Source: an uncultured Bacteroidota bacterium (lineage in GTDB: Bacteria > Bacteroidota > Rhodothermia > Rhodothermales > DASSAV01). Taken from it: 64,000 nucleotides of DNA. Made by a program: the position numbers and the translations under genes. The DNA lies in assembly GCA_963790965.1 (NCBI GenBank), contig CAWBQO010000004.1:1512-65511 (forward strand). Direction: 5' to 3'. Within the stretch, counting starts at the first letter, position 1; every line of letters starts with the position of its first letter. Shown here one piece after another: positions 1-9,810 of the stretch. The notes under the pieces were generated by a model. The model ran no database searches, was not told where the DNA came from, and saw nothing but the letters and a program-made list of their open reading frames with translations.

Positions 1-47
1 GCGTTCATGATGGTTCGATGTTTATCGTTGGGTGAGTTCGGGTGCCG

Positions 48-308
48 TCACGCTTGCACCTCTTCGAGGCGGCAGACGCAGACGAGCGGGATGCCGAGGT
101 CGCGGATGCGGCTGAGCATTCCGTGAAGCTGCGCCTGATCGGCCACAAGGCCCGTGAGGACGGTAACCGTCTGCCCCGAGGGTAGCCGATCGTAGCGCGC
201 GTCCATGTTGTCGAAGTTCGCGGTCCACGAAGCGTCCAGTCGGCCGGCTACGGAGATCCGGTAGCGTGCGGCGTCGGTGGATGCGTGATGCGTTTCAGGC
301 TGTGTCAT
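48..308 (-). CDS. small conserved hypothetical protein (ferredoxin/ACT-like fold suspected)
   Basis: 86-aa ORF with YRISVAGRL...W..F and TVLTG.VADQAQLHGML..IRDLG.PL pattern, recalled from small proteins near LuxR/MalT-type regulators; upstream TACTAT -10 candidate. Confidence 0.65.
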   Translation of the reverse strand: MTQPETHHASTDAARYRISVAGRLDASWTANFDNMDARYDRLPSGQTVTVLTGLVADQAQLHGMLSRIRDLGIPLVCVCRLEEVQA

Positions 309-350
309 GGGGTTTGGCTTGGAAAGGCCGTCTCGTTGCGTGACGGTTCA

Positions 351-395
351 ATAGTAGCGACTTCCGCCCCCGCCGCGCCTCCCCCGAACGGGTGA
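351..395 (-). promoter_or_regulatory. putative promoter: -10 TACTAT with imperfect palindrome TCACCCG-TT-CGGGGGA upstream
   Basis: Minus-strand TACTAT at 356-351; palindrome at 380-395, centred about -43. Confidence 0.35.
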
Positions 396-470
396 TTCGA
401 GGGTGAAAGGGCGGGGGAGTTGCGGTCAGGGATGGAGTAGGCGCGGGGCGGGGCGAGATGTAACCCGCCG

Positions 471-484
471 TGTAAGCACTTTCA
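471..484. promoter_or_regulatory. candidate LacI-family operator TGTAAGCACTTTCA
   Basis: Near match to LacI/cre-type TGWAAGCGCTTWCA, about 120 bp upstream of the GH97 start. Confidence 0.45.
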
Positions 485-605
485 TATGCGTTTGCGCCGG
501 TGCATTAGCTTATCTTTCGGACGATTCCACCTCGATCATAGCGGAGGTGCGCCGCGTGCCGGCATTCCTCGTTCCCTATACTGTTTGAATAATTATCGCC
601 GCTCT

Positions 606-2687
606 ATGAAGTCATTCTCTCATCAGCGCAGCATTCTCTTCCTCGCGCTCCTCCTGCTCACCCTTCCCGCTCGGGCCCAGGAGCGCGCCGTTACGTCGCC
701 GGACGGGACGCTCGCGGTCACGTTCAGCCTGCAGGACGGCACGCCATTCTACACGCTCGCGCGCTTCGGGCTGCCGGTCCTGAAGCCCTCCCGCCTTGGG
801 TTCGTTCTCAAGGACGCGCCGCCGCTCGAAGACGGGTTCGCCGTCGTATCGGCTGAGAACAGCGCGGTGGATGAAACGTGGACGCAGCCCTGGGGCGAGA
901 AGAAGAACATCCGCAATCACTACAATGAACTGCGCGTGATGCTCAAGCAGCAGGACGCCGCGGCGCGCACGCTTGCGGTCGTCTTTCGCGTTTATGATGA
1001 TGGCATCGGCTTTCGCTATGAGGTGCCTGCGCAGCCGAACCTCGGCGCGTTCGAGATCATGGACGAACGGTCGGAATTTGCCTTCGCCGGAGATTTATCG
1101 GCGTGGTACATCGACGCCTATCAGCCGAACCGCTATGAATACATTTACGCGAACGCGCCGCTGAGCCGCCTCGACACGGTCCACACGCCGCTCACAATGG
1201 AGTCTAAGGAAGGTCTCTTCTTCAGCATCCACGAAGCGGCGCTCGTCGATTACAGCTCGATGACGCTGGCTCGTACGGACTCCTTCACGCTCGAGGCCGA
1301 CCTCATCCCGTGGTCCGATGGTGTGAAAGTGAAAACGCAGGCTCCGATGAAAACTCCGTGGCGCACGCTGCAGGTGGGCGACACGCCGGGCGAGCTGATC
1401 ACGTCGTCTCTCATCCTTAACCTCAACGACCCCTCCAAAATAGAAGATACTTCGTGGATCAAGCCGGGCAAGTACGTCGGCATCTGGTGGGAAATGCACC
1501 TCGACAAGACGACCTGGAGCTCAGGTGCCAGGCACGGCGCTACGACGGCGAACACGAAGCGCTACATGGATTTCGCGGCCGCCAACGGCTTCGACGGCGT
1601 ACTCGTCGAAGGGTGGAACGAGGGATGGGACGGCGACTGGGTGGCCAACGGCAACAAGTTTAACTTCACCAAGCCGTATCCGGACTTCGACATCGAGGAG
1701 CTGACACGCTACGGCGAGGCGAAGGGCGTTCGCCTCATCGGGCATAATGAAACCGGCGGCGGCGTGCTCAATTATGACCGCCAGCTCGAGGACGCCTATC
1801 GCTACTACGAGGGCCTCGGCGTTCGCGCCGTGAAGACGGGGTACGTCAACTACGGCACCGGCATCAAGCGCCTCGACGAGAACGGGCAGGAGCAGGGCGA
1901 GTGGCACCACGGGCAGTTCATGGTCGAGCACTATCAACGGACGGTCGAAGCGGCGGCGCGGCACCACATCATGCTCGACATCCACGAGCCGATAAAGGAC
2001 ACCGGCCTCCGGCGCACGTGGCCGAACCTGATGACGCGCGAGGGCGCGCGCGGACAGGAGTACAACGCCTGGGGCGAGAATGGCGGCAATCCGCCGGACC
2101 ACACTACCATTCTGCCGTTCACGCGGATGCTCGCCGGCCCGATGGACTATACGCCCGGCATCTTCGATTTGCTTTTTGAGGAGGAGCGGCCGAATAACCG
2201 CATCAACTCCACCCTCGCGCAGCAGCTCGCGCTCTACGTCGTTCTCTACAGTCCGCTGCAGATGGCGGCCGATCTGCCGGAGAATTACGAAGCGCGCCCC
2301 GACGCCTTCCAGTTCATCAAGGACGTGGCCGCGGATTGGGAGGATACGCGCGTGCTCAACGGCAGCATTGGCAACTATGTGACCATTGCCCGGCAGAAAC
2401 GGAACAGCGCAGAGTGGTTCATCGGGAGCATCACGGACGAGAATGGCCGCACGCTCGATGCGCCGCTCTCTTTCCTGCCGTCCGGCCAGACCTACGTGGC
2501 CGAGATCTACGCCGACGGCGACAACGGGGACTGGGTGACGAACCCATACGCCATGAAGATTCGGCATGTCCTCGTCGATGGAGGAACGGTGCTGCCGCTG
2601 CGGCTCGCCCCCGGAGGCGGGCAGGCCGTGAGGCTCCGCCCCGCCACCACGGCAGATCTGGACGCGCTCGACCGCCTCGCGCCCTGA
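606..2687 (+). CDS. GH97 glycoside hydrolase (SusB-like, probably inverting alpha-glucosidase type)
   Basis: ATG 606 with signal peptide ...PARA-Q; motifs WIKPGKYVGIWW, VLVEGWNEGW, HEPIKDTGLRRTWPN, EGARGQEYN, GPMDYTPG. Confidence 0.92.
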   Translation: MKSFSHQRSILFLALLLLTLPARAQERAVTSPDGTLAVTFSLQDGTPFYTLARFGLPVLKPSRLGFVLKDAPPLEDGFAVVSAENSAVDETWTQPWGEKKNIRNHYNELRVMLKQQDAAARTLAVVFRVYDDGIGFRYEVPAQPNLGAFEIMDERSEFAFAGDLSAWYIDAYQPNRYEYIYANAPLSRLDTVHTPLTMESKEGLFFSIHEAALVDYSSMTLARTDSFTLEADLIPWSDGVKVKTQAPMKTPWRTLQVGDTPGELITSSLILNLNDPSKIEDTSWIKPGKYVGIWWEMHLDKTTWSSGARHGATTANTKRYMDFAAANGFDGVLVEGWNEGWDGDWVANGNKFNFTKPYPDFDIEELTRYGEAKGVRLIGHNETGGGVLNYDRQLEDAYRYYEGLGVRAVKTGYVNYGTGIKRLDENGQEQGEWHHGQFMVEHYQRTVEAAARHHIMLDIHEPIKDTGLRRTWPNLMTREGARGQEYNAWGENGGNPPDHTTILPFTRMLAGPMDYTPGIFDLLFEEERPNNRINSTLAQQLALYVVLYSPLQMAADLPENYEARPDAFQFIKDVAADWEDTRVLNGSIGNYVTIARQKRNSAEWFIGSITDENGRTLDAPLSFLPSGQTYVAEIYADGDNGDWVTNPYAMKIRHVLVDGGTVLPLRLAPGGGQAVRLRPATTADLDALDRLAP

Positions 2688-2722
2688 AATAAGGTCGGCG
2701 ACGGACGTAGGGAGTAGCATGG

Positions 2723-2754
2723 GAACGGGGGTGGGCCGCGGCTCGCCTCCGTTC
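2723..2754 (+). terminator. GC-rich stem-loop after GH97
   Basis: GAACGGGGGTGGGC...GCTCGCCTCCGTTC inverted repeat; weak U tract. Confidence 0.4.
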
Positions 2755-2943
2755 TTCATGTATTATTGCCTCCCGCGTGCCGCCTGCGAAGAACTGCGGA
2801 AGAAGGTCGCGCCTTACGAGCCGGCTGTTCGGGCGTACGGGCGCTCCACGACGGGAGAAGCGATAACGGCGGCGGTGTCGTACCTTCCCGCCGCGCGGCG
2901 TTCGCTTCCGACTCGGCTAAATGGCCTCCTGGAGTCAAGTATT

Positions 2944-3822
2944 ATGTGGATCATGCTGGCACTGCTGGCCGCTCTCGGTTCGGCAGGTACATCGCTGGTG
3001 CTCAAGCGCGTCGTGGCGCACGGCGGCATCGTCGTGTCGACGGTTGCGTTCCGCGCGGTTGCGGGCGTGCTGCTGCTGGGCGTCGTCGCCGTCTCCGGCG
3101 CGGTGCCGCACCTCTCGGCGCACTACTGGCGAACGGCGGCGCTCGTGATGGTGCCCGAAGTCGGCGGCATGATCCTGATGGCGCTGGCGCTGAGCCGGGG
3201 CGAGTTGTCCGTGGTGCAGCCGCTCATGGGGCTTCTGCCGCTCTTCGTGATGCTGGGCGGTGCCGTTTTCCTTGGCGAAGTGCCCTCCGCCGGGGCGGTT
3301 TTCGGGATCGTGCTCGTAGGGGCCGGCGTGTACGCGACGGGCATGGAGCGCGGCGGGTCATTGTGGCAACCCTTGCGGGCGCTCGTCTACGCGCCCGCCG
3401 GACGCTACGCCGCCGGAGCCGCGTTCTGCTGGAGTTTCACGGCCGTGCTCCACCGCGTCGGCGTCGCGGCCGTGGGCGCGTTCCCCTGGGCGGTCACGCT
3501 CTGCATCGGCTCGGCGCTGGTGCTCGGCCTCTCCATACCGCTTATGGCCCGCATACGGCCCGTCATCCTGCCCGAGCGCGGCGGACCGTGGGGCAAGCTC
3601 GTCGTTCTCTGCGGAGTTCTCTTTGCCGTGCAGCAGACGGGACTGCAACTCGCCCTCAGCCTCGCCTACGCGAGTCTCGTGATCGCCGTCACGAGCGTGA
3701 GCATTTTCCTTGGCACTTTGCTCGGCGTGCTCGTCCTCCGGGAGCGCACGTCGCTCGGGCAGCGACTTGCGGGAGGATTATTTGTGAGTGTAGGGGCCGC
3801 TCTGGTCGCTTTCTTCGGGTGA
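2944..3822 (+). CDS. EamA/DMT family transporter
   Basis: ATG 2944 (MWIMLALLAALG...); about 10 hydrophobic segments in two repeats; ALSRGELSVVQPL, FLGE, LRER motifs. Confidence 0.8.
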   Translation: MWIMLALLAALGSAGTSLVLKRVVAHGGIVVSTVAFRAVAGVLLLGVVAVSGAVPHLSAHYWRTAALVMVPEVGGMILMALALSRGELSVVQPLMGLLPLFVMLGGAVFLGEVPSAGAVFGIVLVGAGVYATGMERGGSLWQPLRALVYAPAGRYAAGAAFCWSFTAVLHRVGVAAVGAFPWAVTLCIGSALVLGLSIPLMARIRPVILPERGGPWGKLVVLCGVLFAVQQTGLQLALSLAYASLVIAVTSVSIFLGTLLGVLVLRERTSLGQRLAGGLFVSVGAALVAFFG

Positions 3823-3837
3823 GGATGACTTTTGGTC

Positions 3838-3866
3838 TTGACTTTGGAAAAGAAAATGATTAAATA
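3838..3866 (+). promoter_or_regulatory. sigma70-like promoter of the mannan block (TTGACT-17bp-TAAATA)
   Basis: AT-rich island upstream of the TBDT; -35 at 3838-3843, -10 at 3861-3866. Confidence 0.5.
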
Positions 3867-3911
3867 GTAGCCATTCAATAAAATCATTGGAGGAAATCAG
3901 CGGCGCGGCGT

Positions 3912-3992
3912 TGTAAGCGCATCCGCGAAGGCCACGAGGCCGGCTTTTCTCCTGATCCATGTTTTTGTTAATCCTGCCTGAAAGCGCTCCCG
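3912..3992. promoter_or_regulatory. two candidate LacI-type operator sites (TGTAAGCGCATCCG; TGAAAGCGCTCCCG)
   Basis: Sites at 3912-3925 and 3979-3992, both in the leader downstream of the promoter. Confidence 0.45.
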
Positions 3993-4055
3993 TGTCTGTC
4001 GAGCTTTTCGGGAGCTTTTCACGACCCAATCATTTTTTCGCGACGCTCTGAACGC

Positions 4056-7055
4056 ATGTCAAGTATGATACGCACTCTCTGCACCGGACTCCTTCTCCTG
4101 TTTTCAACGCTGGGCCTGGCTTCTTCAGCGGCCGCGCAGGGCAGAATCTCCGGCACCGTTAAAGACGCCGGCACCGGCGAAACGCTCGTCGGCGCAAACG
4201 TGATCATCCAGGGCACCAGCATTGGGGCCGCAACGGACGCGGACGGTCGTTATACCATTACTTCCGCCCCTGTCGGCACTCGGACGCTCGTCGTTAGCTA
4301 CCTCGGCTATGACAATGAGGAGCGAACGGTAACGATCCCGAGTGGCGGGCGGCTCACGGAAAACTTCGAACTCACCTTTGGCGGCGTTGAGGGTGAAGAG
4401 GTGATCGTGACCGCGCAGGCGAGCGGTCAGCTCTCGGCCATTAACCAGCAGCTCCAGTCGAACACAATTTCAAACATCGTCTCGGCCGACCGTATACAGG
4501 AGCTGCCGGACGTAAACGCGGCAGAGTCGATCGGGCGACTCCCGGGTGTCTCTATCCAGCGATCAGGCGGAGAGGCGACCAAGATCGCCATCCGCGGCCT
4601 CTCGCCTAAGTACAGCACCGTGACCGTCAACGGCGTCCGGGTGCCCTCGACCGGCGGCGACGACCGCGACGTCGATCTTTCCCTCATCTCCTCCAACATG
4701 CTCGGCGGCATCGAAGTCAAGAAGGCCATCACGCCGGACATGGACGCCGACGCCGTGGCCGGCTCGGTGGACCTCAAGCTCCGCAACGCGCCCGCAGGCT
4801 TTCTCGTGGATGTGCTCGCGCAGGGCGGCTATAACCAGCTTCAGGACTACTACGGCAATTACAAGGTCGCCGGAACGCTCAGCAACCGCTTCGTCGGCAA
4901 TCGGCTGGGCGTGATTGCAACCGCCAACATCGACCGGTATGATCGCAGCGCCGACAAGTTCAACGCCGGGTATCGCCGCGTCACGAACCTGGAAGGGGAC
5001 GCGCAGATGGTGATCAACTCGCTCAACCTTCGGGAGGAGGTCGTCGAGCGAGGCCGTACCGGAGCGAGCTTCCTGTTCGACTACAAGATCCCGCTGGGGA
5101 CGATCACCGGCAACACGTTCTACAACCAGCTGTCGAGCAACGGCACCTACCGTGTCAACCGGCTCAGCGTCGAGAACAACCGGCACTTCTACGATCTGAA
5201 CGCCACCGAGGGCAAGACGTCCATACTCACCGGCGCGCTCTCCGCCTCGCAGGATTTTGGGTGGGTGCAGTACGATGCGACCGTTTCGCGCTCGGCTTCG
5301 CGTAACAAGAACCCCCGCGACTACACTTGGAACTTCGTTCAGGAGACGAGCGCCTTTAACTTCGGCTCCTACCTCGTGAGCGACTCGACGCGGCCCACTG
5401 AGCTGCTGAATTATGCGACGCTCGACTCCGCCAGCACCGGCCTTGCCGACGTCTACTACGACCGCGTGCGCCTCGAGGAGAACCAGACGGGTCTTCAGAT
5501 GAACCTCACGTTCCCGTTCCGTCTCGGCAACCATTTCGATGGATATCTTAAAACCGGCGGCAAGCTGCGCTGGCTGGACCGCGCCAACAACCGCGAGCGC
5601 ACCGGGCGCAATGGTCTCCAGTATGGGACGACCGGGGGTCGGATAAATCAGTATCTGCTCTGCGCCAATTCGATGATCACTAACGGGTTCAACGGGTACG
5701 ACATTCAGCAGACCACTGCCGCAGACAACGTGCTGCCGATCTACGTCTTTAACGACGGATACACGCGCGACAACTTCCTCGATGGCGACTACGAGCTGGG
5801 CTATACCGTCAATCCGGAATACGCGAAGCAGTTTTCGCAGGCGCTTGACCAGTGCGGCTACTTCAAGGAGTATCCGAACGAGAGTCGCGGCAGCGACTAC
5901 AGCGGCGACGAGCGCTACCATGCGGGCTACGTCATGGCCGAGATCAACCTGGGCCGGTACGTGACGCTCATCCCCGGCGTGCGCTACGAGGCGGACTGGT
6001 CGAAGTACCAGGGTCAGCGCTTCCGCGAAGTGGTCCTGAACAACGAGCAGCGGGAACCGACCGACCTCGACACGCTGACCGTGGAACGCGATTTCTCGTT
6101 CTGGCTGCCGATGCTCCACCTGCAGATCGACCCGGCACCGTGGCTCAAGATTCGCCTCGCCCGGACGAAGACGCTCCAGCGGCCCGGTTACCAGCAGTAC
6201 GCGCCGATTTCGCGCATTGACGCGCAGCAGCAGTACGCCTATGCGGGGAACAGCCTGCTCAAGCCGGCGCAGTCGACCAACTATGATGCGGCCGTTTCGA
6301 TCTACCAGAACTACGTGGGTCTCTTTACGGCCGCGGCGTTCCACAAGAGCGTCCAGGACCACATTATCTGGGTGCGGTACTTCAGCTCTCCCGCGCGTCC
6401 GCTGCTCCCCGGCTTAAACGTGCCGGACGAGTGGATCGTGGACCCGAAGACGGGCAAGCCGAACAACCCGAAGGTTGACACCTACATCAACAACCGGAAC
6501 GACGCCGTCTACTACGGCGCTGAGTTCGACTGGCAGACCAACTTCTGGTATTTGCCCTCCTTCCTGAAGGGGCTGGTCCTGAACGTCAACTACACGCGCA
6601 TTTTCTCCGACACGAAGTATGACGCCTTCACGACGGAATCCGTGTGCGTGGCCAATTGTGGAACCCGGCGCGAGGTAACGCAGACGGTCACCATCGACAC
6701 GTCGCGGGTAGGCCGCATGGTCGATCAGCCGGCGAACGTAGCCAACGTGACGCTCGGGTACGACATCAAGGGCTTCTCCGCCCGCCTGTCATACCTCTAC
6801 CAGGACGACCGCGCCGCCTCTATTGCGGCGCAGGTTCCCGCCGAGGATACGTTCTCCGGCGCGTATTCCCGCGTTGATCTGACGCTCCGCCAGAAACTCA
6901 GCGGGCGCTTCAACGGGCTCGAGTTCTTTGCCAATTTCAACAATCTCAACAACCGGGAGGACCGCAACTTCATCACCTCGCCGACCAGCGGCGACCCGAC
7001 GTACGTCGAGTACTATGGTTTCACCATGGATCTCGGCGCTCGGTACCGGTTCTGA
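4056..7055 (+). CDS. TonB-dependent transporter with N-terminal carboxypeptidase-regulatory-like domain (non-SusC type)
   Basis: Signal peptide; GRISGTVKDAGTGETLVGANV; plug motifs NAAESIGRLPGVS and IEVKKAITPDMDADAVAGSVDL; C-terminal LGARYRF. Confidence 0.92.
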   Translation: MSSMIRTLCTGLLLLFSTLGLASSAAAQGRISGTVKDAGTGETLVGANVIIQGTSIGAATDADGRYTITSAPVGTRTLVVSYLGYDNEERTVTIPSGGRLTENFELTFGGVEGEEVIVTAQASGQLSAINQQLQSNTISNIVSADRIQELPDVNAAESIGRLPGVSIQRSGGEATKIAIRGLSPKYSTVTVNGVRVPSTGGDDRDVDLSLISSNMLGGIEVKKAITPDMDADAVAGSVDLKLRNAPAGFLVDVLAQGGYNQLQDYYGNYKVAGTLSNRFVGNRLGVIATANIDRYDRSADKFNAGYRRVTNLEGDAQMVINSLNLREEVVERGRTGASFLFDYKIPLGTITGNTFYNQLSSNGTYRVNRLSVENNRHFYDLNATEGKTSILTGALSASQDFGWVQYDATVSRSASRNKNPRDYTWNFVQETSAFNFGSYLVSDSTRPTELLNYATLDSASTGLADVYYDRVRLEENQTGLQMNLTFPFRLGNHFDGYLKTGGKLRWLDRANNRERTGRNGLQYGTTGGRINQYLLCANSMITNGFNGYDIQQTTAADNVLPIYVFNDGYTRDNFLDGDYELGYTVNPEYAKQFSQALDQCGYFKEYPNESRGSDYSGDERYHAGYVMAEINLGRYVTLIPGVRYEADWSKYQGQRFREVVLNNEQREPTDLDTLTVERDFSFWLPMLHLQIDPAPWLKIRLARTKTLQRPGYQQYAPISRIDAQQQYAYAGNSLLKPAQSTNYDAAVSIYQNYVGLFTAAAFHKSVQDHIIWVRYFSSPARPLLPGLNVPDEWIVDPKTGKPNNPKVDTYINNRNDAVYYGAEFDWQTNFWYLPSFLKGLVLNVNYTRIFSDTKYDAFTTESVCVANCGTRREVTQTVTIDTSRVGRMVDQPANVANVTLGYDIKGFSARLSYLYQDDRAASIAAQVPAEDTFSGAYSRVDLTLRQKLSGRFNGLEFFANFNNLNNREDRNFITSPTSGDPTYVEYYGFTMDLGARYRF

Positions 7056-7142
7056 ACCAGTGTTCCCGCTGTGCGGCCCCTCGTGGACGCACAGCGGAAC
7101 GATGCAACACCACCAACCATCCACTCTACTCAGAGGATGAAC

Positions 7143-9725
7143 ATGAAACTCAGGTATCAGTTTGTGCTGACGGCGCTCATCGCTGCAGCGTTCCTATGGC
7201 CGGCAGCGGTACAGGCGCAGGACGCCCCTGCCTTCACCTCTTGCCTGGACACGCAGGACGAATGCCTCGTCGACTACTACTTCAACGGCGGTATCGTCAA
7301 CAACGCGCTTCGCAACACGATCATAGATGACATTGACAACGGCGGCGTGCCTGCCGGCCGTGTCTACAAGCTGCTTCGGGGCGGCCTGTACTACAACGAA
7401 GATCGTATCGAAAATGCAGGCTTCCACCTGCGCATCGTCGGTCAGACGAAGGAAGAAGCCGGCCCGGATGCCTTCGCCTGCGGCGACTCTGGTGATCAGG
7501 ACTGCGGTCCGGCCGTTATTCAAATGGTCACCCGCGCTGACGGCAGCATCGATCAGCGGATGATCACGGGCCAGGATGATATCACGCTCAGGAATCTTTG
7601 GATCACGGGCCAGGACGACGCCGGCCTTACGAACGCTTACACGCCGATCCAGATCGACGCTTCGAACCACCGCTACGTGTTCGACAACATCATCTTCGAG
7701 CGCAGCAACTTCGCCCTCGTCCAGTTCACCGGGCAGGACAACGACGTGAAGGTGATGAACTCCAAGTTCCGCAACTTCGTCAACTCGGCGCAGCAGTGGG
7801 AGGGACGCGGGATGCAGTTCTCCGCCGGCGCGGACTCGGTCTGGTTCGAGAACAACACGTTCTTCCAGGTCGGCTTCACCGTCGTTCAGAGCGAGGCCCG
7901 CCCGATCAACTACATCCTGTTCAACCACAACACGATGGTGAACATCGGCCGCCAGATCAACACGGGCGGCATCTGGAAGTCGGCGTTCTTCACGAACAAC
8001 CTCCTCGTCAACGGCTTCTGGCATGGCGAGGGCTATGCGGATATTAACACGCCCGGTCGCGACACCGAGACGGCGGGCCTCTTCAGCATCGCCGAGTTGC
8101 CCGCGCAGTACGGCACGAACCTCGAGCGCCGCATCGTCTTTGCCAACACCTCGACCTGGCGCGATCCCAAGTTCGCGGCCTACTACGCGGACTCAATTCG
8201 CGCGCAACCGCTCTTCAACGAAGTGACGGCCGAGTTCTTCGCCGACTACGACAATATGCAGGCGGTGGACAACCTGGAAGGTGTTGATCCGGGTCTGAAG
8301 GTGTACCCGCAGCTCACGAGCGCGGGCGTCATCGAGAACATGATCCAGAACATGAAGGATCTGCGCGCCGGCGTTACGCCCGCACAGACCTGGCTCTGGG
8401 ATCCCGGTCGCGATGCGACCAACTTCCTCGGCGTCGGCTTCGTATGGCCGCTGCCGGAGGATCTCTCCTACACCAACGCGACGCTTATGACCGCGGGTAC
8501 GGACAACCTGCCGCTCGGCGACCTGAACTGGTTCCCGACGGCCAAGGAAACGTACACGAACAATCGGATGCAGTACATCCACGCGATTGAGAACATGGCG
8601 GTCGCGCCGGAAGTCAACATCGTGGCTACGGTCGAGGCCGAAGCGGGCAGCCTACAGGATCAGGCGAGCGTCGCGACGGTTGCCGGGGCAACGTTCCTCA
8701 AGATCACCCCCGGCTCGTCGTTCTCCTGGACGTTTGAGATCCCGGAATCGAAGGAGTACGCGCTGGATTACCACTTGAACATGGCCGGCCGCGCCACGAG
8801 CGGCGTGGACATGGTTCTGAACGGCACGAACATCTTTGATCTCCGCGGTTGGGGACAGTTCGTTGTGCCGCCGGAAAACTCCGGGGTTGCGCTCAATGAT
8901 TGGGTGACGCTGCGTTACACACAGGCGGACCTCCACACCAACTCCGCTGGTGCGCTTACGCTTCCCGCTGGAACGAACACGCTCAAGATCGGGCAGCAGT
9001 GGGCGGACAACACGATGTGGAGTGGCGTCGACGTAGTCGACCCGGGCACCGGCAACATCGTTGCGTCGCTTACTGCGCCGGAAGCGATGGTCGAGGGCGC
9101 TGCGCCTGGTTGCGTAGATCCGAACGAATACTGCCCAAGCGGTTTCAAATCGGTCAACATCGAGAATGGCAGCGTGACCTGGACGATCGACGTGCCGAGT
9201 GCCGGACAGTATTTCGCCCGCGTGTTTTATAACGCGCCCGATGGCGGAACCGGCACGATCAGCATCGACGGAGCGCCGGCCGTTCCCGTTGTAACGTTCG
9301 ACGCCGCCAACGGCAACGTGCTCACGAGCGAGTTCACGATCGCGACGACCGGCTCCAAGACGGTCACGCTTACGGCCAACGGTGGCGTGATGGTGGACCG
9401 GATTCAGCTGCTCAACGTCCGCGCCGTCACCTCCAGCGAGAAGCAGGAGCTTCCGGAGGGCTACGCGCTCGATCAGAACTACCCGAACCCGTTCAGCGTC
9501 TCGACGACGATTGCCTACACGATGAAGGCGGCCGGATCGGTTCGCCTGGAAGTGTATGACCTCCTCGGCCGTAGCGTTGCTACGCTCGTCGACGCGCAGG
9601 TAGGTGCTGGAGCGCATACCGTCACCTTCGACGGCAGCGCGCTGAACCTGCCCAGCGGCCTCTACCTGTATCGCCTGCAGACGCCTGTCGGCAACCAGGT
9701 TCGCAAGATGATGCTCGTTCAGTAA
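7143..9725 (+). CDS. T9SS-secreted protein: beta-helix-like N-domain, two CBM6/35-like modules, type A CTD
   Basis: Signal peptide ...VQA-Q; Asn-ladder repeats (FDNIIFE, FENNTF, FNHNTM, FTNNLL); LPLGDLNWFP; VEAEAG; CTD LDQNYPNPF...VYDLLGR...LPSGLYLYRL...KMMLVQ. Confidence 0.8.
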   Translation: MKLRYQFVLTALIAAAFLWPAAVQAQDAPAFTSCLDTQDECLVDYYFNGGIVNNALRNTIIDDIDNGGVPAGRVYKLLRGGLYYNEDRIENAGFHLRIVGQTKEEAGPDAFACGDSGDQDCGPAVIQMVTRADGSIDQRMITGQDDITLRNLWITGQDDAGLTNAYTPIQIDASNHRYVFDNIIFERSNFALVQFTGQDNDVKVMNSKFRNFVNSAQQWEGRGMQFSAGADSVWFENNTFFQVGFTVVQSEARPINYILFNHNTMVNIGRQINTGGIWKSAFFTNNLLVNGFWHGEGYADINTPGRDTETAGLFSIAELPAQYGTNLERRIVFANTSTWRDPKFAAYYADSIRAQPLFNEVTAEFFADYDNMQAVDNLEGVDPGLKVYPQLTSAGVIENMIQNMKDLRAGVTPAQTWLWDPGRDATNFLGVGFVWPLPEDLSYTNATLMTAGTDNLPLGDLNWFPTAKETYTNNRMQYIHAIENMAVAPEVNIVATVEAEAGSLQDQASVATVAGATFLKITPGSSFSWTFEIPESKEYALDYHLNMAGRATSGVDMVLNGTNIFDLRGWGQFVVPPENSGVALNDWVTLRYTQADLHTNSAGALTLPAGTNTLKIGQQWADNTMWSGVDVVDPGTGNIVASLTAPEAMVEGAAPGCVDPNEYCPSGFKSVNIENGSVTWTIDVPSAGQYFARVFYNAPDGGTGTISIDGAPAVPVVTFDAANGNVLTSEFTIATTGSKTVTLTANGGVMVDRIQLLNVRAVTSSEKQELPEGYALDQNYPNPFSVSTTIAYTMKAAGSVRLEVYDLLGRSVATLVDAQVGAGAHTVTFDGSALNLPSGLYLYRLQTPVGNQVRKMMLVQ

Positions 9726-9770
9726 CGGCATCCGCTCGCACGGGCGCGCAGACGCGCGCCACGCTTACCC

Positions 9771-9810
9771 GCGCCGGGGGACCGGGGGCCTTGTGCCCCC
9801 TCCCCCGCGC
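9771..9810 (+). terminator. GC-rich intergenic stem-loop (terminator or RNA stability element)
   Basis: GCGCCGGGGGACCGGGGGC CTTGT GCCCCCTCCCCCGCGC; no clear U tract. Confidence 0.4.

Noticed and set aside
486-605. Upstream extensions in the ORF track (also 2719, 7071, 16394, 19453, 22072, 39345, 43925, 44051, 48432, 48671, 51167, 61201)
   Set aside because: Downstream ATGs give proper signal peptides or domain starts; the extensions run through regulatory DNA or neighbouring genes.
2766-3863. 365-aa Arg-rich alternative-frame ORF
   Set aside because: Overlaps the EamA gene out of frame; composition typical of spurious GC-rich frames.
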